The notes: generated from the letters alone by a model not told the origin. A DNA stretch of 64,000 nt from Bacteroidota bacterium (GCA_021796215.1 JAJYOK010000010.1:10519-74518), one strand, 5' to 3'. Counted from the first letter of the stretch, positions 41,504 through 51,256 are shown. Program-made: numbers and translations.

Positions 41504-41787
41504 AAAAGAGCAAAACAGAGAGTAAATGGAAAACGATGCGCGGCTCGAGGACCAAAAATGTTCCTTCCGTCAAGACGTTGCTTTCTCTGCAATACAAAAT
41601 TGAACTTCTTCCTCTTTCAGAAAAAGACGGCGGGGGCTTTTGGGCGACGATCCCCTTATTAAAGGGATGTCAGAGTGATGGCAATACACCGGATGAAGCG
41701 ATTCACAACTTACGCGGAGCACAAGAAGCGTGGTTTATTTCTGCAATAAAAAACAACGACCCTATTCCGTTGCCGCATAAACTTTAA
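41500..41787 (+). CDS. hicB: HicB-family antitoxin (short form)
   Basis: GGGFWATIPLLKGCQSDGNTPDEAIHNL...IPLP; overlaps hicA stop. Confidence 0.85.
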   Translation: MKKSKTESKWKTMRGSRTKNVPSVKTLLSLQYKIELLPLSEKDGGGFWATIPLLKGCQSDGNTPDEAIHNLRGAQEAWFISAIKNNDPIPLPHKL

Positions 41788-41873
41788 TTCCAAACAAGCA
41801 TCCGCCTCTCCTCATTTCGTTGATTCTTCGGCGCAATCTCGGTATATTAACTCCAGAAACAGTTCTGGTTTTT

Positions 41874-43166
41874 ATGATACGACAATTCGATCTGCGCTCT
41901 TCGCATTCGCTTCCTAAAGATTTTTTGTATGACAGAACTTCATCCACCGACTCTGTGGAACGTGCTGTCCGTGCAATTCTCCGCCGTGTTCAGCGCGATG
42001 GCGACAATGCGCTTCGATATTATGCAAAGAAATTTGACGGCGTCACACTTTCTTCTCTCAAAATACCCGAAAAAGACATTCGTGACGCTCTGATCCATGC
42101 AGACCAAAAATTTGTAAAAATTCTGAAGAGGGCTGCGGCGAATATCCGTCGTTTTCACTCACATCAGCGTCACTCGTCGTGGAAAATTCGCGAACAGTTT
42201 GGCTCCGACCTTCGGCAATTATATTTGCCGATTGAGCGCGTCGGCGTCTACGTTCCCGGCGGGCGTGCCGCATATCCTTCTACCGTTTTAATGAATGTTA
42301 TTCCGGCGCAGGTTGCAGGGGTGAAAGAAATTCATCTCGTTTCTCCGCTCAACACAAATGGAAAAATGAATTCTGATGTGTTGGCAGCCGCAGCAATTTT
42401 AGATGTAAAAAATGTCTATTGCACCGGCGGCGCACAAGCGATTGCCGCATTGGCTTTTAGTACGAAAACAATTCCGTCAGTTGATAAGATTGTGGGACCG
42501 GGAAATATTTTTGTCGCTACTGCAAAGCGGCTGGTGTTCGGCATTGCCGGCATTGATAGTTTTGCCGGGCCGAGCGAAGTAGTAATTCTTGCTGATGATT
42601 CTGCGCGCCCGGAATACATTGCAGCGGACATGCTTGCTCAGGCGGAACATGATGAACACGCATCTTCGATTCTTGTTACAACGAGTTTGCCGCTTGCAAA
42701 TCAAATCCGGTCAGAATTCAAAAAAATGGTGCGTGTGCTTCCCCGCCAAAAAATAATTGAAACGTCGCTAAAGCAGCGCGGTGCAATTATTCTCGCGCGA
42801 ACGCTTTCGCAAGGAGCGGACATTGTGAATGCTCTTGCACCTGAACATCTTGAAATCGTGACGAAAAATCAGGAACAAACGCTGAAAATGATCAAACATG
42901 CCGGCTCGATTTTTTTAGGAAATTATTCTCCGGTTGCGCTTGGTGATTATTTTGCCGGTACGAATCACGTTCTTCCCACAGAGCGCACGGCGCGATTTTC
43001 ATCGCCGCTGTCGGTGGACGATTTTGTGAAAAAATCGAGTGTAACGAATTATTCAAAGAAGAAAATGGAATCGGTGAGTGAAGATGTCGCCTTTTTCGCT
43101 GAGCGTGAAGGACTTACCGCTCACGCATTTTCTCTCAGGCTTCGAGGAAAGAACAATAGCAAATGA
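41874..43166 (+). CDS. hisD: Histidinol dehydrogenase
   Basis: GVYVPGG, GGAQAIAALA, GPGNIFV, AGPSEV, QAEHD, PEHLE, GTNHVLPT. Confidence 0.97.
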   Translation: MIRQFDLRSSHSLPKDFLYDRTSSTDSVERAVRAILRRVQRDGDNALRYYAKKFDGVTLSSLKIPEKDIRDALIHADQKFVKILKRAAANIRRFHSHQRHSSWKIREQFGSDLRQLYLPIERVGVYVPGGRAAYPSTVLMNVIPAQVAGVKEIHLVSPLNTNGKMNSDVLAAAAILDVKNVYCTGGAQAIAALAFSTKTIPSVDKIVGPGNIFVATAKRLVFGIAGIDSFAGPSEVVILADDSARPEYIAADMLAQAEHDEHASSILVTTSLPLANQIRSEFKKMVRVLPRQKIIETSLKQRGAIILARTLSQGADIVNALAPEHLEIVTKNQEQTLKMIKHAGSIFLGNYSPVALGDYFAGTNHVLPTERTARFSSPLSVDDFVKKSSVTNYSKKKMESVSEDVAFFAEREGLTAHAFSLRLRGKNNSK

Positions 43167-44242
43167 GCTTCATCAATTTCATAAAACCAAGCGTTCGTGC
43201 GCTGGAAACCTATGCGGTGAAGGGAAAGCCGCTTCAGCCGGGACTTATCAAATTAAACCAAAATGAAAATCCGTTTGACATTCCTGAGCGAATCAAAAAG
43301 GAAATTTTTGCGGCATTCACTTCGTCATCATGGAACCGTTATCCGGAAACATTTCCAGTTGCTTTGCTCGGAGCACTGGCAAGCTTCACACAACATTCTG
43401 TTGATGGCATTATTGCCGGCAACGGTTCGAACGAGTTGATGTACACGATTCTCATGGCGACGGTAACCAAGGGAACAAAAGTTCTGATTCCGCAGCCGTC
43501 CTTTTTTCTTTATGAAAAAGCCGCACGGGTGTTCGATGGAGAGATTATTTCAGTTTTCATGAACGGCGATTTTTCTTTCCCGACGCAGAAAATTATTGAT
43601 GCTGCGCTCCGCGAGAAACCTTCGGTGATTGTTCTTGTGTCGCCCAACAGCCCGACAGGGCAGTCAATGTCCGTCAGTGATGTTGAAGAAATTCTGAAAT
43701 TAAATTCTGCATTGGTGATTGTTGATGAAGCGTACATTGAGTTTTCCGACAAACCGAGCGTGCAATCGCTGCTGAATCGGTACGATAATTTGATTGTGCT
43801 GCGAACTTTTTCCAAAGCATTCAGCATGGCGGGACTCCGTATCGGATATCTTCTTACAAATCCTGAATTGTGCAGCGAATTGCTTAAACCGAAAATTCCA
43901 TTTACAGTGAATAATTTCTCTGCTGCAACAGCAATGACTCTCATGAAGCACAGTGATGTTGTGAACGAACGCATCGCACTAATCAAAAAGCAAAAAACGG
44001 TGATGTGGAATGCTCTTCGCGCGATGAATTTCGTAGAAACTTTTCCTTCAGATTCCAATTTTTTTATCTTTCGAACGCCGCATGAAGCCGGAACATTATT
44101 TCAAAAGCTTTTTGACCGTAACGTGCTTGTTCGCGATGTCAGCTCGTACCCGATGATGGAACGTACGCTGCGCGTGAATGTTGGGACAGAAGAGGAAAAC
44201 AGCATTTTTTTGTCAACGCTTCAAACATTATTGAGAGGCTGA
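43163..44242 (+). CDS. hisC: Histidinol-phosphate aminotransferase
   Basis: KLNQNENP, GNGSNE, SPNSPTG, VDEAY, RTFSKAF..AGLRIGY. Confidence 0.95.
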   Translation: MSFINFIKPSVRALETYAVKGKPLQPGLIKLNQNENPFDIPERIKKEIFAAFTSSSWNRYPETFPVALLGALASFTQHSVDGIIAGNGSNELMYTILMATVTKGTKVLIPQPSFFLYEKAARVFDGEIISVFMNGDFSFPTQKIIDAALREKPSVIVLVSPNSPTGQSMSVSDVEEILKLNSALVIVDEAYIEFSDKPSVQSLLNRYDNLIVLRTFSKAFSMAGLRIGYLLTNPELCSELLKPKIPFTVNNFSAATAMTLMKHSDVVNERIALIKKQKTVMWNALRAMNFVETFPSDSNFFIFRTPHEAGTLFQKLFDRNVLVRDVSSYPMMERTLRVNVGTEEENSIFLSTLQTLLRG

Positions 44243-44245
44243 ACG

Positions 44246-44992
44246 ATGAAAATTCTTGTCTTTGTCAATCATGTTCCCGATACTGAAACGAAAGTGAAAG
44301 TCGGCGCCGATGGCAAGACGATTGATCCGGCTGGCATCAATTACATGCTCAGTCCGTACGACGAATTTGCAGTTGAAGAAGGATTGAAACTGCGCGAGAA
44401 GTTTACCGGCGAAGCCGTCGTCGTTTCGCTCGGCGGAGAAGCCAACAAAGAAACGCTTCGCAAAGCGCTGGCAATGGGATGCGATAAAGCCGTGCTGTTG
44501 AAGAATGCTTCGTCTCACGATTCATTTGCCGTTGCGCGCTCGCTTGCGGATTTTGCGAAAGAACTTTCACCAGATATCATCTTGCTCGGCAAACAATCAA
44601 TTGATTACGATAACGGGCAGATCGGTTCGCTCGTTGCAGAAATGTTGGGCATGCCGTCAATTTCTGTTGTCGTTAAATTGGAAATCAACGATGGCGCCGT
44701 TGTTGCCGAACGGGAAATTGAAGGTGGACATGAAATTGTTCATGCAAAATTGCCAGCGGTCGTGATGGCGCAGAAGGGATTGAACCAGCCGCGATATCCG
44801 TCATTAAAAGGAATTATGGATGCAAAACGAAAAGTCATCGAAGAACGTGCAGTTGCGCCTGTTGCATCTAAAATAGAAGTGCTGACGATGCGCAAACCGC
44901 CGGCAAAAAATCCCGGGAAAATTGTCGGCACCGATGCTTCTGCTGTGCCTGAACTTGTTCGGTTACTGCACGAGGAAGCGAAGGTAATTTGA
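44246..44992 (+). CDS. etfB: Electron transfer flavoprotein beta subunit
   Basis: VPDTE, PYDEFAVEE, GKQSID, PRYPSL. Confidence 0.95.
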   Translation: MKILVFVNHVPDTETKVKVGADGKTIDPAGINYMLSPYDEFAVEEGLKLREKFTGEAVVVSLGGEANKETLRKALAMGCDKAVLLKNASSHDSFAVARSLADFAKELSPDIILLGKQSIDYDNGQIGSLVAEMLGMPSISVVVKLEINDGAVVAEREIEGGHEIVHAKLPAVVMAQKGLNQPRYPSLKGIMDAKRKVIEERAVAPVASKIEVLTMRKPPAKNPGKIVGTDASAVPELVRLLHEEAKVI

Positions 44993-45030
44993 ACTGAGAT
45001 TTCAAAAAATGAACAGAGAAAGAATCAACG

Positions 45031-46005
45031 ATGAAAATCATTGCTTTTGCTGAACAAAGAAATAATCAGTTTAAGAAAACCGCATTTGAAGTTGTTCGGG
45101 CGGCGCGCACGATCGCTGACCAACTTGGCGCTGAATGTAATGCTCTGGTGATCGGAGGAAACGTGTCCTCGATTGCCTCGCAGTTAGGCGCCTATGGCGC
45201 ATCGAAAGTGTTTGTGGTTGACGATGCGCAATTGGAATATTATTCAACAACAGCGTACGCAAAGATTGTCGCAGAAATTGCACGCGCAGAATCTGCCGAT
45301 ATGCTTTTCTTTCCGGCAAGCGCAATGGGAAAAGATTTCGCTCCGCGCGTTGCGGCAAAACTAGATGCCGGGCTTGCGGCGGATTGCACAGCACTTCGTG
45401 TTGAGAACGGAACAGTGATTGCGACGCGTCCGGTATATGCAGGAAAAGCCTTTGTTGAAGTAGCAGTTCGTTCAGCGATAAAGTTGTTCACGCTTCGCCC
45501 GAATGTTTTTTCAGCCGGAACTCCTGCAGGAAGCACTGCTGTTGTTGAGAAGAAGGAAAGTGCATTGGGTGAAGCAGATTTTGGTGCTGTGGTAAAAGAA
45601 ATCAAAATCGCGGGCGGAAAGAAAGATGTTGCTGAAGCTGATATTATTGTTTCCGGCGGACGCGGATTGAAGGCACCGGAAAATTTTTCAATGGTTGAAG
45701 AACTTGCCGCATCGTTAGGCGCGGCGGTCGGCGCTTCGCGTGCTGTGGTTGATGCAGGCTGGCGTCCGCATGACGAACAGGTTGGACAAACAGGAAAAAC
45801 TGTTTCGCCATCGTTATACATTGCTGTTGCAATTTCCGGAGCGGTGCAGCATCTCGCAGGAATGTCGTCATCGAAATATATTGTCGCAATCAATAAAGAT
45901 AAAGATGCGCCGATATTTTCGATTGCAGACTACGGTATTGTGGGAGATGCCTTTGAGGTTGTGCCCACCCTCACTGCCGAGTTGAAAAAAACACTGAACC
46001 GTTGA
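45031..46005 (+). CDS. etfA: Electron transfer flavoprotein alpha subunit
   Basis: IVSGGRG, GASRAVVD, QVGQTGK, ISGAVQH, AINKD. Confidence 0.96.
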   Translation: MKIIAFAEQRNNQFKKTAFEVVRAARTIADQLGAECNALVIGGNVSSIASQLGAYGASKVFVVDDAQLEYYSTTAYAKIVAEIARAESADMLFFPASAMGKDFAPRVAAKLDAGLAADCTALRVENGTVIATRPVYAGKAFVEVAVRSAIKLFTLRPNVFSAGTPAGSTAVVEKKESALGEADFGAVVKEIKIAGGKKDVAEADIIVSGGRGLKAPENFSMVEELAASLGAAVGASRAVVDAGWRPHDEQVGQTGKTVSPSLYIAVAISGAVQHLAGMSSSKYIVAINKDKDAPIFSIADYGIVGDAFEVVPTLTAELKKTLNR

Positions 46006-46073
46006 CAAGGAGTAATAGTTTTGATAATATACGTACGGTATGGTGTTCAGTAATTACGAGAGGAAAGATTGCT

Positions 46074-46658
46074 GTGGAAAAAGTTCAAGTTGATATTTTA
46101 GGATTGTCAACAAGCCCGTCAAGCGGCGGAGCGTATGCGCTGATCTTGAAAGAAATTTCCGGCAATCGGCGCCTTCCAATTATCATCGGCGGATTCGAAG
46201 CGCAGGCAATTGCAATTGAGATGGAAGGAATTAAACCGCCGCGCCCGTTGACCCATGATTTGCTGAGAAATATAATTGATACGTTTGGAGCTTCGATTCA
46301 GGATGTCTGCATTAGCGATCTTCGAGACGGAACGTTTTATGCGAAGATCAATCTTGAAGGAAGTTCATCTCCGCAGGAAGTTGATTCCCGCCCAAGCGAT
46401 GCGATTGCGCTTGCCGTGCGTTTCGGCGCACCAATTTTTGTTGCAGATGCAGTGATGGCGGAAGCGGGTATTGTTCCGGAAGAGGAAGAGGAGTCATCTC
46501 CCGATGTTGAAAAAGCAAAGCCGGCTGAAACTGTGAAAAAACATCTTTCCAAACTGGAACAACTTCAGGCATCGTTAAAGGAAGCTATCGAAAAGGAAGA
46601 TTATGAAAAAGCGGCAAAGCTGCGAGATGAAATCCGTAAGCTTCAAATGGGCGCGTGA
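46074..46658 (+). CDS. Bifunctional nuclease (DUF151) with C-terminal UvrB/C motif
   Basis: LPIIIGGFEAQAIA, RPLTHDL, DSRPSDAIALA, EDYEKAAKLRDEI; GTG start inferred. Confidence 0.9.
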   Translation: MEKVQVDILGLSTSPSSGGAYALILKEISGNRRLPIIIGGFEAQAIAIEMEGIKPPRPLTHDLLRNIIDTFGASIQDVCISDLRDGTFYAKINLEGSSSPQEVDSRPSDAIALAVRFGAPIFVADAVMAEAGIVPEEEEESSPDVEKAKPAETVKKHLSKLEQLQASLKEAIEKEDYEKAAKLRDEIRKLQMGA

Positions 46659-47368
46659 CGCGTGACCAATGCTAACATTTCCTTCACCGCTTGTTCCAGC
46701 CCGACAAGCACCGCGCGAGAAATAACTGCGTGGCCGATACTCATCTCGTCAATCGCTGTAATTGCGGCAACGGGTGTAACGTTTAAATAATTCAATCCGT
46801 GTCCGGCATTGACTCCCATCCCAAGTTCTTTTCCGTATTCTGCCATTGACTGAATATTCTGAAGCAGTGGCCCGCGTTCCACGTCATTTTTTGCATTAGC
46901 ATATTCTCCGGTGTGAAGTTCAACCATATCCGAACGAATCTCTGCCGCGGTGTCAAGTTGAGATTTTACCGGGTCAACAAAAAGACTTACAGCGATGTTC
47001 TTGGCATGAAAACGTTCAATGACCGTCGAAAGATGTTTCTTATGTTCAGTTACATTTAAGCCGCCTTCGGTTGTCAGTTCCTGCCGCTTTTCAGGGACGA
47101 GTGTTACGAGATCAGGAACGACATCGAGCGCGATGGAAATAATTTCTTCCGTTGCCGCCATTTCCAAATCCAATTTGGTTTTGATTGTTTGACGGAGAAG
47201 CCGAACATCGCGATCATTTATATGCCGCCGATCTTCGCGTAAATGGCACACAATTCCTTCGGCGCCGGCATGTTCGCACAGAGATGCCGCGATGACCGGA
47301 TCAGGTTCATCGCCCCGCCGTGCCTGCCGTAAGGTTGCTATGTGGTCAATATTGATGGAAAGTTTCAT
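46643..47368 (-). CDS. pdxJ: Pyridoxine 5'-phosphate synthase
   Basis: NIDHIATLRQAR, HLREDRRHI, ELHTG, AGHGL, IGHA. Confidence 0.97.
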   Translation of the reverse strand: MKLSINIDHIATLRQARRGDEPDPVIAASLCEHAGAEGIVCHLREDRRHINDRDVRLLRQTIKTKLDLEMAATEEIISIALDVVPDLVTLVPEKRQELTTEGGLNVTEHKKHLSTVIERFHAKNIAVSLFVDPVKSQLDTAAEIRSDMVELHTGEYANAKNDVERGPLLQNIQSMAEYGKELGMGVNAGHGLNYLNVTPVAAITAIDEMSIGHAVISRAVLVGLEQAVKEMLALVTRHAPI

Positions 47369-47538
47369 GTGTGTATCAATAAATTCTTCTTTAGAAAACT
47401 ACAAAAAAAGGAGAGAGAATCAAGTCAACCATAGACTGAGCAGGTCATGTCTGAAGAAATATGCAACTTTTCAACATGGGAGTCGTAGGAAAGACAAGAC
47501 GGTTTTTCTTCACTTCCTTCATTGCTCGTAGGTGCTTT

Positions 47539-49224
47539 ATGAAACAATATCTTACTATTTTTACTTTTTGTGTTACAATGAGTGGGAGCGCGGCTGCGTT
47601 CCCGGTTAGCGGCACGAATGGCGGAGATGATTCCGGCTGGACGGCTGGCAGGGAATCTTTCCGCACTGCGTTCGATCAGCAGGATATCAATTCATTTGTA
47701 GATGGCCTCCTGCAACAAATCGAATCGGGCGCTGAACAGTTTGCCGAAGAAGGTAAATGGCGTGTTGACAACTCTGCCAATGATGAAGACGATTCGACGA
47801 AAAATATTGAAAGAGGAAAAGAAGGAGCAATCACCTTCAATGGCAACACAGAAATCGGAGTTGACGATAAGATTGACGGCGACATTGTTGTTAAGGGAGG
47901 TACGCTGACGGTCCTCGGCGTTGTCAATGGAGACGCGCTTGTTATTAACGGCAACATCGTCGTGAAAGACGGCGGGAAAATTACCGGCAACGCGCGTGCA
48001 ATCAACGGAAAGGTTACAAAAGAAGATCACGGAGAAATCGGCGGCTATATGGAAGAAAAATCTTCTGCAAGCGACGCCGGATATTCCTGGTCATCGAGGA
48101 GACCACGGAGCAGTCATACGTTCAACGATCTGTGGCTTGACGAGCAGACACTTTCCGACAATTTTATTTTCCGTTATAATCGCGTTGAAGGCCCCTTTCT
48201 GGGACTCGGCTCCGAAAAGAAATTTTATTGGGACGGCAGCAAACTGATTTCCGCTCACGGTTCGATTGGTTATGGATTTAAAATTCACCGTTGGCGCGCC
48301 AATCTCGGAATAGATCGTCAGCTTGCCACTGTAGATGCTCTGTATGAAATCGGATTTGAAGGGCATAATATTACCGCCACGAAAGATGAATGGATTATGG
48401 ATCTCGGAGAAAATAATGCCACAGCGCTTCTCTGGCATGAAGATTACCGGGATTATTTCACACGGCAGGGCGCATCAGTTCACATGGCGCGCTATACGAA
48501 AGAAAAAGACCTTTCCACTCAGGTAACGTTTGAATACATTGTTGATAAATATTCATCGCTGTCGAACGGAACGGATTGGTCGCTCTTTCGACCAAGCCAT
48601 TCGTTTCGCACTAATCCCGCAGTCAACGATGGAGTGATGCACAGTGTCCGCGGATCGCTGGGCATCAGCACACTTGAGCAGCAGCGGAAGCATTCTGTCG
48701 GCTGGAATATTTTTGCCAGCGGTGAAAAAGGAGGCGACGCCTTCAAGGGAGATTTCAATTTTACACAAGTGATTCTTGACATTCGGAGATTTCAACCGCT
48801 TTCGACATATGATAATCTTAACATGCGTGTGAGGGTCGGTTCATTGGAAGGCGACAATATCGTTCAGAAATCGTTTGAGATTGGCGGTGCGAACACACTG
48901 CCGGCGTACGGCTTCAAAGAATTTTCCGGTAACAGAATGGTGCTTGCTAATGTGGAATATGTGCTTGATGGCCACATGTTCAGTGGTGTTTTTTTCTGGC
49001 CGTCGAGTTTCAACATGATTCTTTTCTTCGATGCCGGAGCGACAGACACTGTTGCCGCAACAAAGAGCCTTGTTGAAGGTTTTGATAACATTGGTTCTTC
49101 GCTGTTGAAATCTGATGTAGGTTTTGCATTAGGATGGGCGGAAAGTGCGCGGCTTGGTTTTGCATGGAGAACCGATGTTGCAAGACCCGTCAGTGTCTTT
49201 CTTAGATTCAGCAAGCCGTTTTAA
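47539..49224 (+). CDS. Omp85/BamA-TamA-like outer membrane protein with N-terminal beta-helical (bactofilin-like) segment
   Basis: Signal peptide; GDIVVKGG/GDALVING/GNARAING repeats; RYNRVEG; IGGANTLPAY loop; terminal F. Confidence 0.7.
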   Translation: MKQYLTIFTFCVTMSGSAAAFPVSGTNGGDDSGWTAGRESFRTAFDQQDINSFVDGLLQQIESGAEQFAEEGKWRVDNSANDEDDSTKNIERGKEGAITFNGNTEIGVDDKIDGDIVVKGGTLTVLGVVNGDALVINGNIVVKDGGKITGNARAINGKVTKEDHGEIGGYMEEKSSASDAGYSWSSRRPRSSHTFNDLWLDEQTLSDNFIFRYNRVEGPFLGLGSEKKFYWDGSKLISAHGSIGYGFKIHRWRANLGIDRQLATVDALYEIGFEGHNITATKDEWIMDLGENNATALLWHEDYRDYFTRQGASVHMARYTKEKDLSTQVTFEYIVDKYSSLSNGTDWSLFRPSHSFRTNPAVNDGVMHSVRGSLGISTLEQQRKHSVGWNIFASGEKGGDAFKGDFNFTQVILDIRRFQPLSTYDNLNMRVRVGSLEGDNIVQKSFEIGGANTLPAYGFKEFSGNRMVLANVEYVLDGHMFSGVFFWPSSFNMILFFDAGATDTVAATKSLVEGFDNIGSSLLKSDVGFALGWAESARLGFAWRTDVARPVSVFLRFSKPF

Positions 49225-49228
49225 GGGA

Positions 49229-49297
49229 TGGAATGATGGATAGTTGGATTGCTGGATACCCGAGTTGTTTCCATCTATCCAATAATCCGCTTATCCT
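49229..49297. repeat. 8-nt-periodic TGGA/TCCA inverted repeat
   Basis: TGGA at 49229, 49237, 49245, 49253; TCCA/TCCG/TCCT at 49270, 49278, 49286, 49294. Confidence 0.75.
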
Positions 49298-49312
49298 GTT
49301 TTCTACGATAGA

Positions 49313-49349
49313 AAAAAAGCCCGCTCTCAATTTGAGGCCGGGCTTTTTT
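49313..49349. terminator. Bidirectional intrinsic terminator
   Basis: AAAAAAGCCCG-N15-CGGGCTTTTTT between convergent genes. Confidence 0.8.
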
Positions 49350-50265
49350 ATTTTCTGATGACGTACTGCACTTTTGGAGGGCTGATGCCGATGACTTTCA
49401 CTTCTTTCGGGTATACAATGATGGGCTGCACGGCTCCGGTGGTGTCAAGAAGAATTGTGCGGTAGTCCACATACGCCGATATGTTGAGTTGGTCAATTTT
49501 TGCTACCTGATCTACTCCGCCACGAATTGTAACATCAATTTTTGGCGGGAGAAGAACGACTGCACGATTTTCCGGAACATCATTCAATGTAACGGCGATG
49601 CCTTTGAATATTTTTTCCGCCGTTAATTGTACGTCGAATTGCAATGATGCCGAATGGGGGAAAGCGGTAATGCCGATTTGTGGCGAATCGGGAATGGCAA
49701 CCTGTATATTTACTGCAGAGCGAAGCTGAGAAAGCTGCGTTGCCGCTGTCGGCCATTCTTCAATCCGGTCAATTCTGGAGCGGGCACCGGTAATTGCAAC
49801 GCTGTCAGGGACAAGTTTCATATCTCCCGTTATATCGTAACCCTCACGAAAATCTAGCGTCGTAGCCGGAAGCAAACGCACCTTCTTTGTGATTTTTTCG
49901 TCGAGGACGACGGTAACGGTTTCAGGTTGAACTTCAACAACTCTGATGCCTTGTGGAGCCGCGAACCGCTCCATCACATCCTGATTTGTTAGAAATGAAT
50001 AACGATTTGAGACGCCTGAGATATCAAGTGTATATTTTTTGTCCGGTGAAAAAGAGAGCGTAATCAATTGCCAGCCCGTTCCGCGCACTTTGATATTCAC
50101 TCGTTCCGGTACCGGTTGTGCAAGCGCGCGTGTCGGTTTCATATTTTCCAACACTAATGGAACAGATTCGAAACTCTGGTAATCGTACGTCATAATGATT
50201 GACGCCCACAGCAGGATGGCAAAGAAGGTTGAGAAGAAAATAATATGGAAGCGTTTGTTTTTCAT
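49348..50265 (-). CDS. YbbR/CdaR-like protein
   Basis: N-terminal TM (FFAILLWAS), VKVRGTG, repeated P..V.I.G YbbR-type modules; start inferred at 50265. Confidence 0.8.
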   Translation of the reverse strand: MKNKRFHIIFFSTFFAILLWASIIMTYDYQSFESVPLVLENMKPTRALAQPVPERVNIKVRGTGWQLITLSFSPDKKYTLDISGVSNRYSFLTNQDVMERFAAPQGIRVVEVQPETVTVVLDEKITKKVRLLPATTLDFREGYDITGDMKLVPDSVAITGARSRIDRIEEWPTAATQLSQLRSAVNIQVAIPDSPQIGITAFPHSASLQFDVQLTAEKIFKGIAVTLNDVPENRAVVLLPPKIDVTIRGGVDQVAKIDQLNISAYVDYRTILLDTTGAVQPIIVYPKEVKVIGISPPKVQYVIRK

Positions 50266-50356
50266 TATGCGGTGCAAAAACAAAAAACTCCATCGTTCTG
50301 GCAACGTGACGATGGAGTGTGAAAACTGAGTTCACTTCGCTGCAACGGATGCATTG

Positions 50357-50917
50357 CTATTGAAACTTTGCTTTGACAAGCTCGTCAAGCAATTGCTCCT
50401 TGTTTGCTCTTGAAATTTCGCGTCCATAAATTGACAGCCGGTTCACTGTCCGTGCGTATGAACGTAATTGATGAACAGTCATTTCAGAAAGCTGTGCGAT
50501 AAATTCTTCGCGCGACTGAGCTGTTGGAGTTGTAAATTCTTCTGGTGCTGAGGCATCATCATCAGCCTCCTCTGGCGTTGCAGAATCAACAGACTCTTGT
50601 GCTGACTTAGTTAGTTCAGCAATTTCTTTTTCGGAAAGAAATGATTTTGCAAAAATCATTTCTTCTATACCTTCTGCCGGACGAGAAATGACATGCTTTG
50701 AAAGTAATTGTCCGACGCGCTGAGCGGCAGCCGCACCCGCTTCAACTGCGGAACGGACTGCCGCTGTTTCGCCGATGATCTTTACAGTAATCATCGCCGG
50801 ATCTGTGCGTTCTTTTCCTACCAGTTGAACGTTGGCAGCTTTGACCATGGCATCTGCGGCTTCAATTGCGCCGATGAGTCCCTTGGTTTCTACCATCCCG
50901 AAGGCAAAATCTATCAT
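50357..50917 (-). CDS. BMC-H shell protein with acidic linker and C-terminal helical domain
   Basis: [22 protein letters not shown]...HVISRP, then acidic linker and LSEMTVHQLRSYAR...ISRANKEQLL. Confidence 0.9.
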   Translation of the reverse strand: MIDFAFGMVETKGLIGAIEAADAMVKAANVQLVGKERTDPAMITVKIIGETAAVRSAVEAGAAAAQRVGQLLSKHVISRPAEGIEEMIFAKSFLSEKEIAELTKSAQESVDSATPEEADDDASAPEEFTTPTAQSREEFIAQLSEMTVHQLRSYARTVNRLSIYGREISRANKEQLLDELVKAKFQ

Positions 50918-50959
50918 ATGAGAAGCTGATAAGGTAATGCAGTGAGTAACTGCCGCGGA

Positions 50960-51256
50960 TTATTTTGCCGCCGGCCGTTTCGGAAGAATCAATTCAACGT
51001 CGCTGTGCGGACGCGGAATGACATGGACAGACACAAGTTCACCAACACGTTGGGCTGCCGCGGCGCCGGCATCGGTAGCAGCTTTCACTGCGCCGACATC
51101 GCCACGTACCATCACTGTAACGTAGCCTCCGCCGATTTGTTCTTTTCCGATAAGAGTGACTTTTGCTGCTTTGACCATTGCATCGGCGGCTTCTATGGAA
51201 CCGACCAAGCCTTTGGTTTCGACCATTCCGAGTGCGTCAAGTGAAATGTCTGACAT
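50960..51256 (-). CDS. BMC-H shell protein (EutM/PduA/CcmK-like)
   Basis: [34 protein letters not shown]; AGGAG upstream. Confidence 0.95.
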   Translation of the reverse strand: MSDISLDALGMVETKGLVGSIEAADAMVKAAKVTLIGKEQIGGGYVTVMVRGDVGAVKAATDAGAAAAQRVGELVSVHVIPRPHSDVELILPKRPAAK

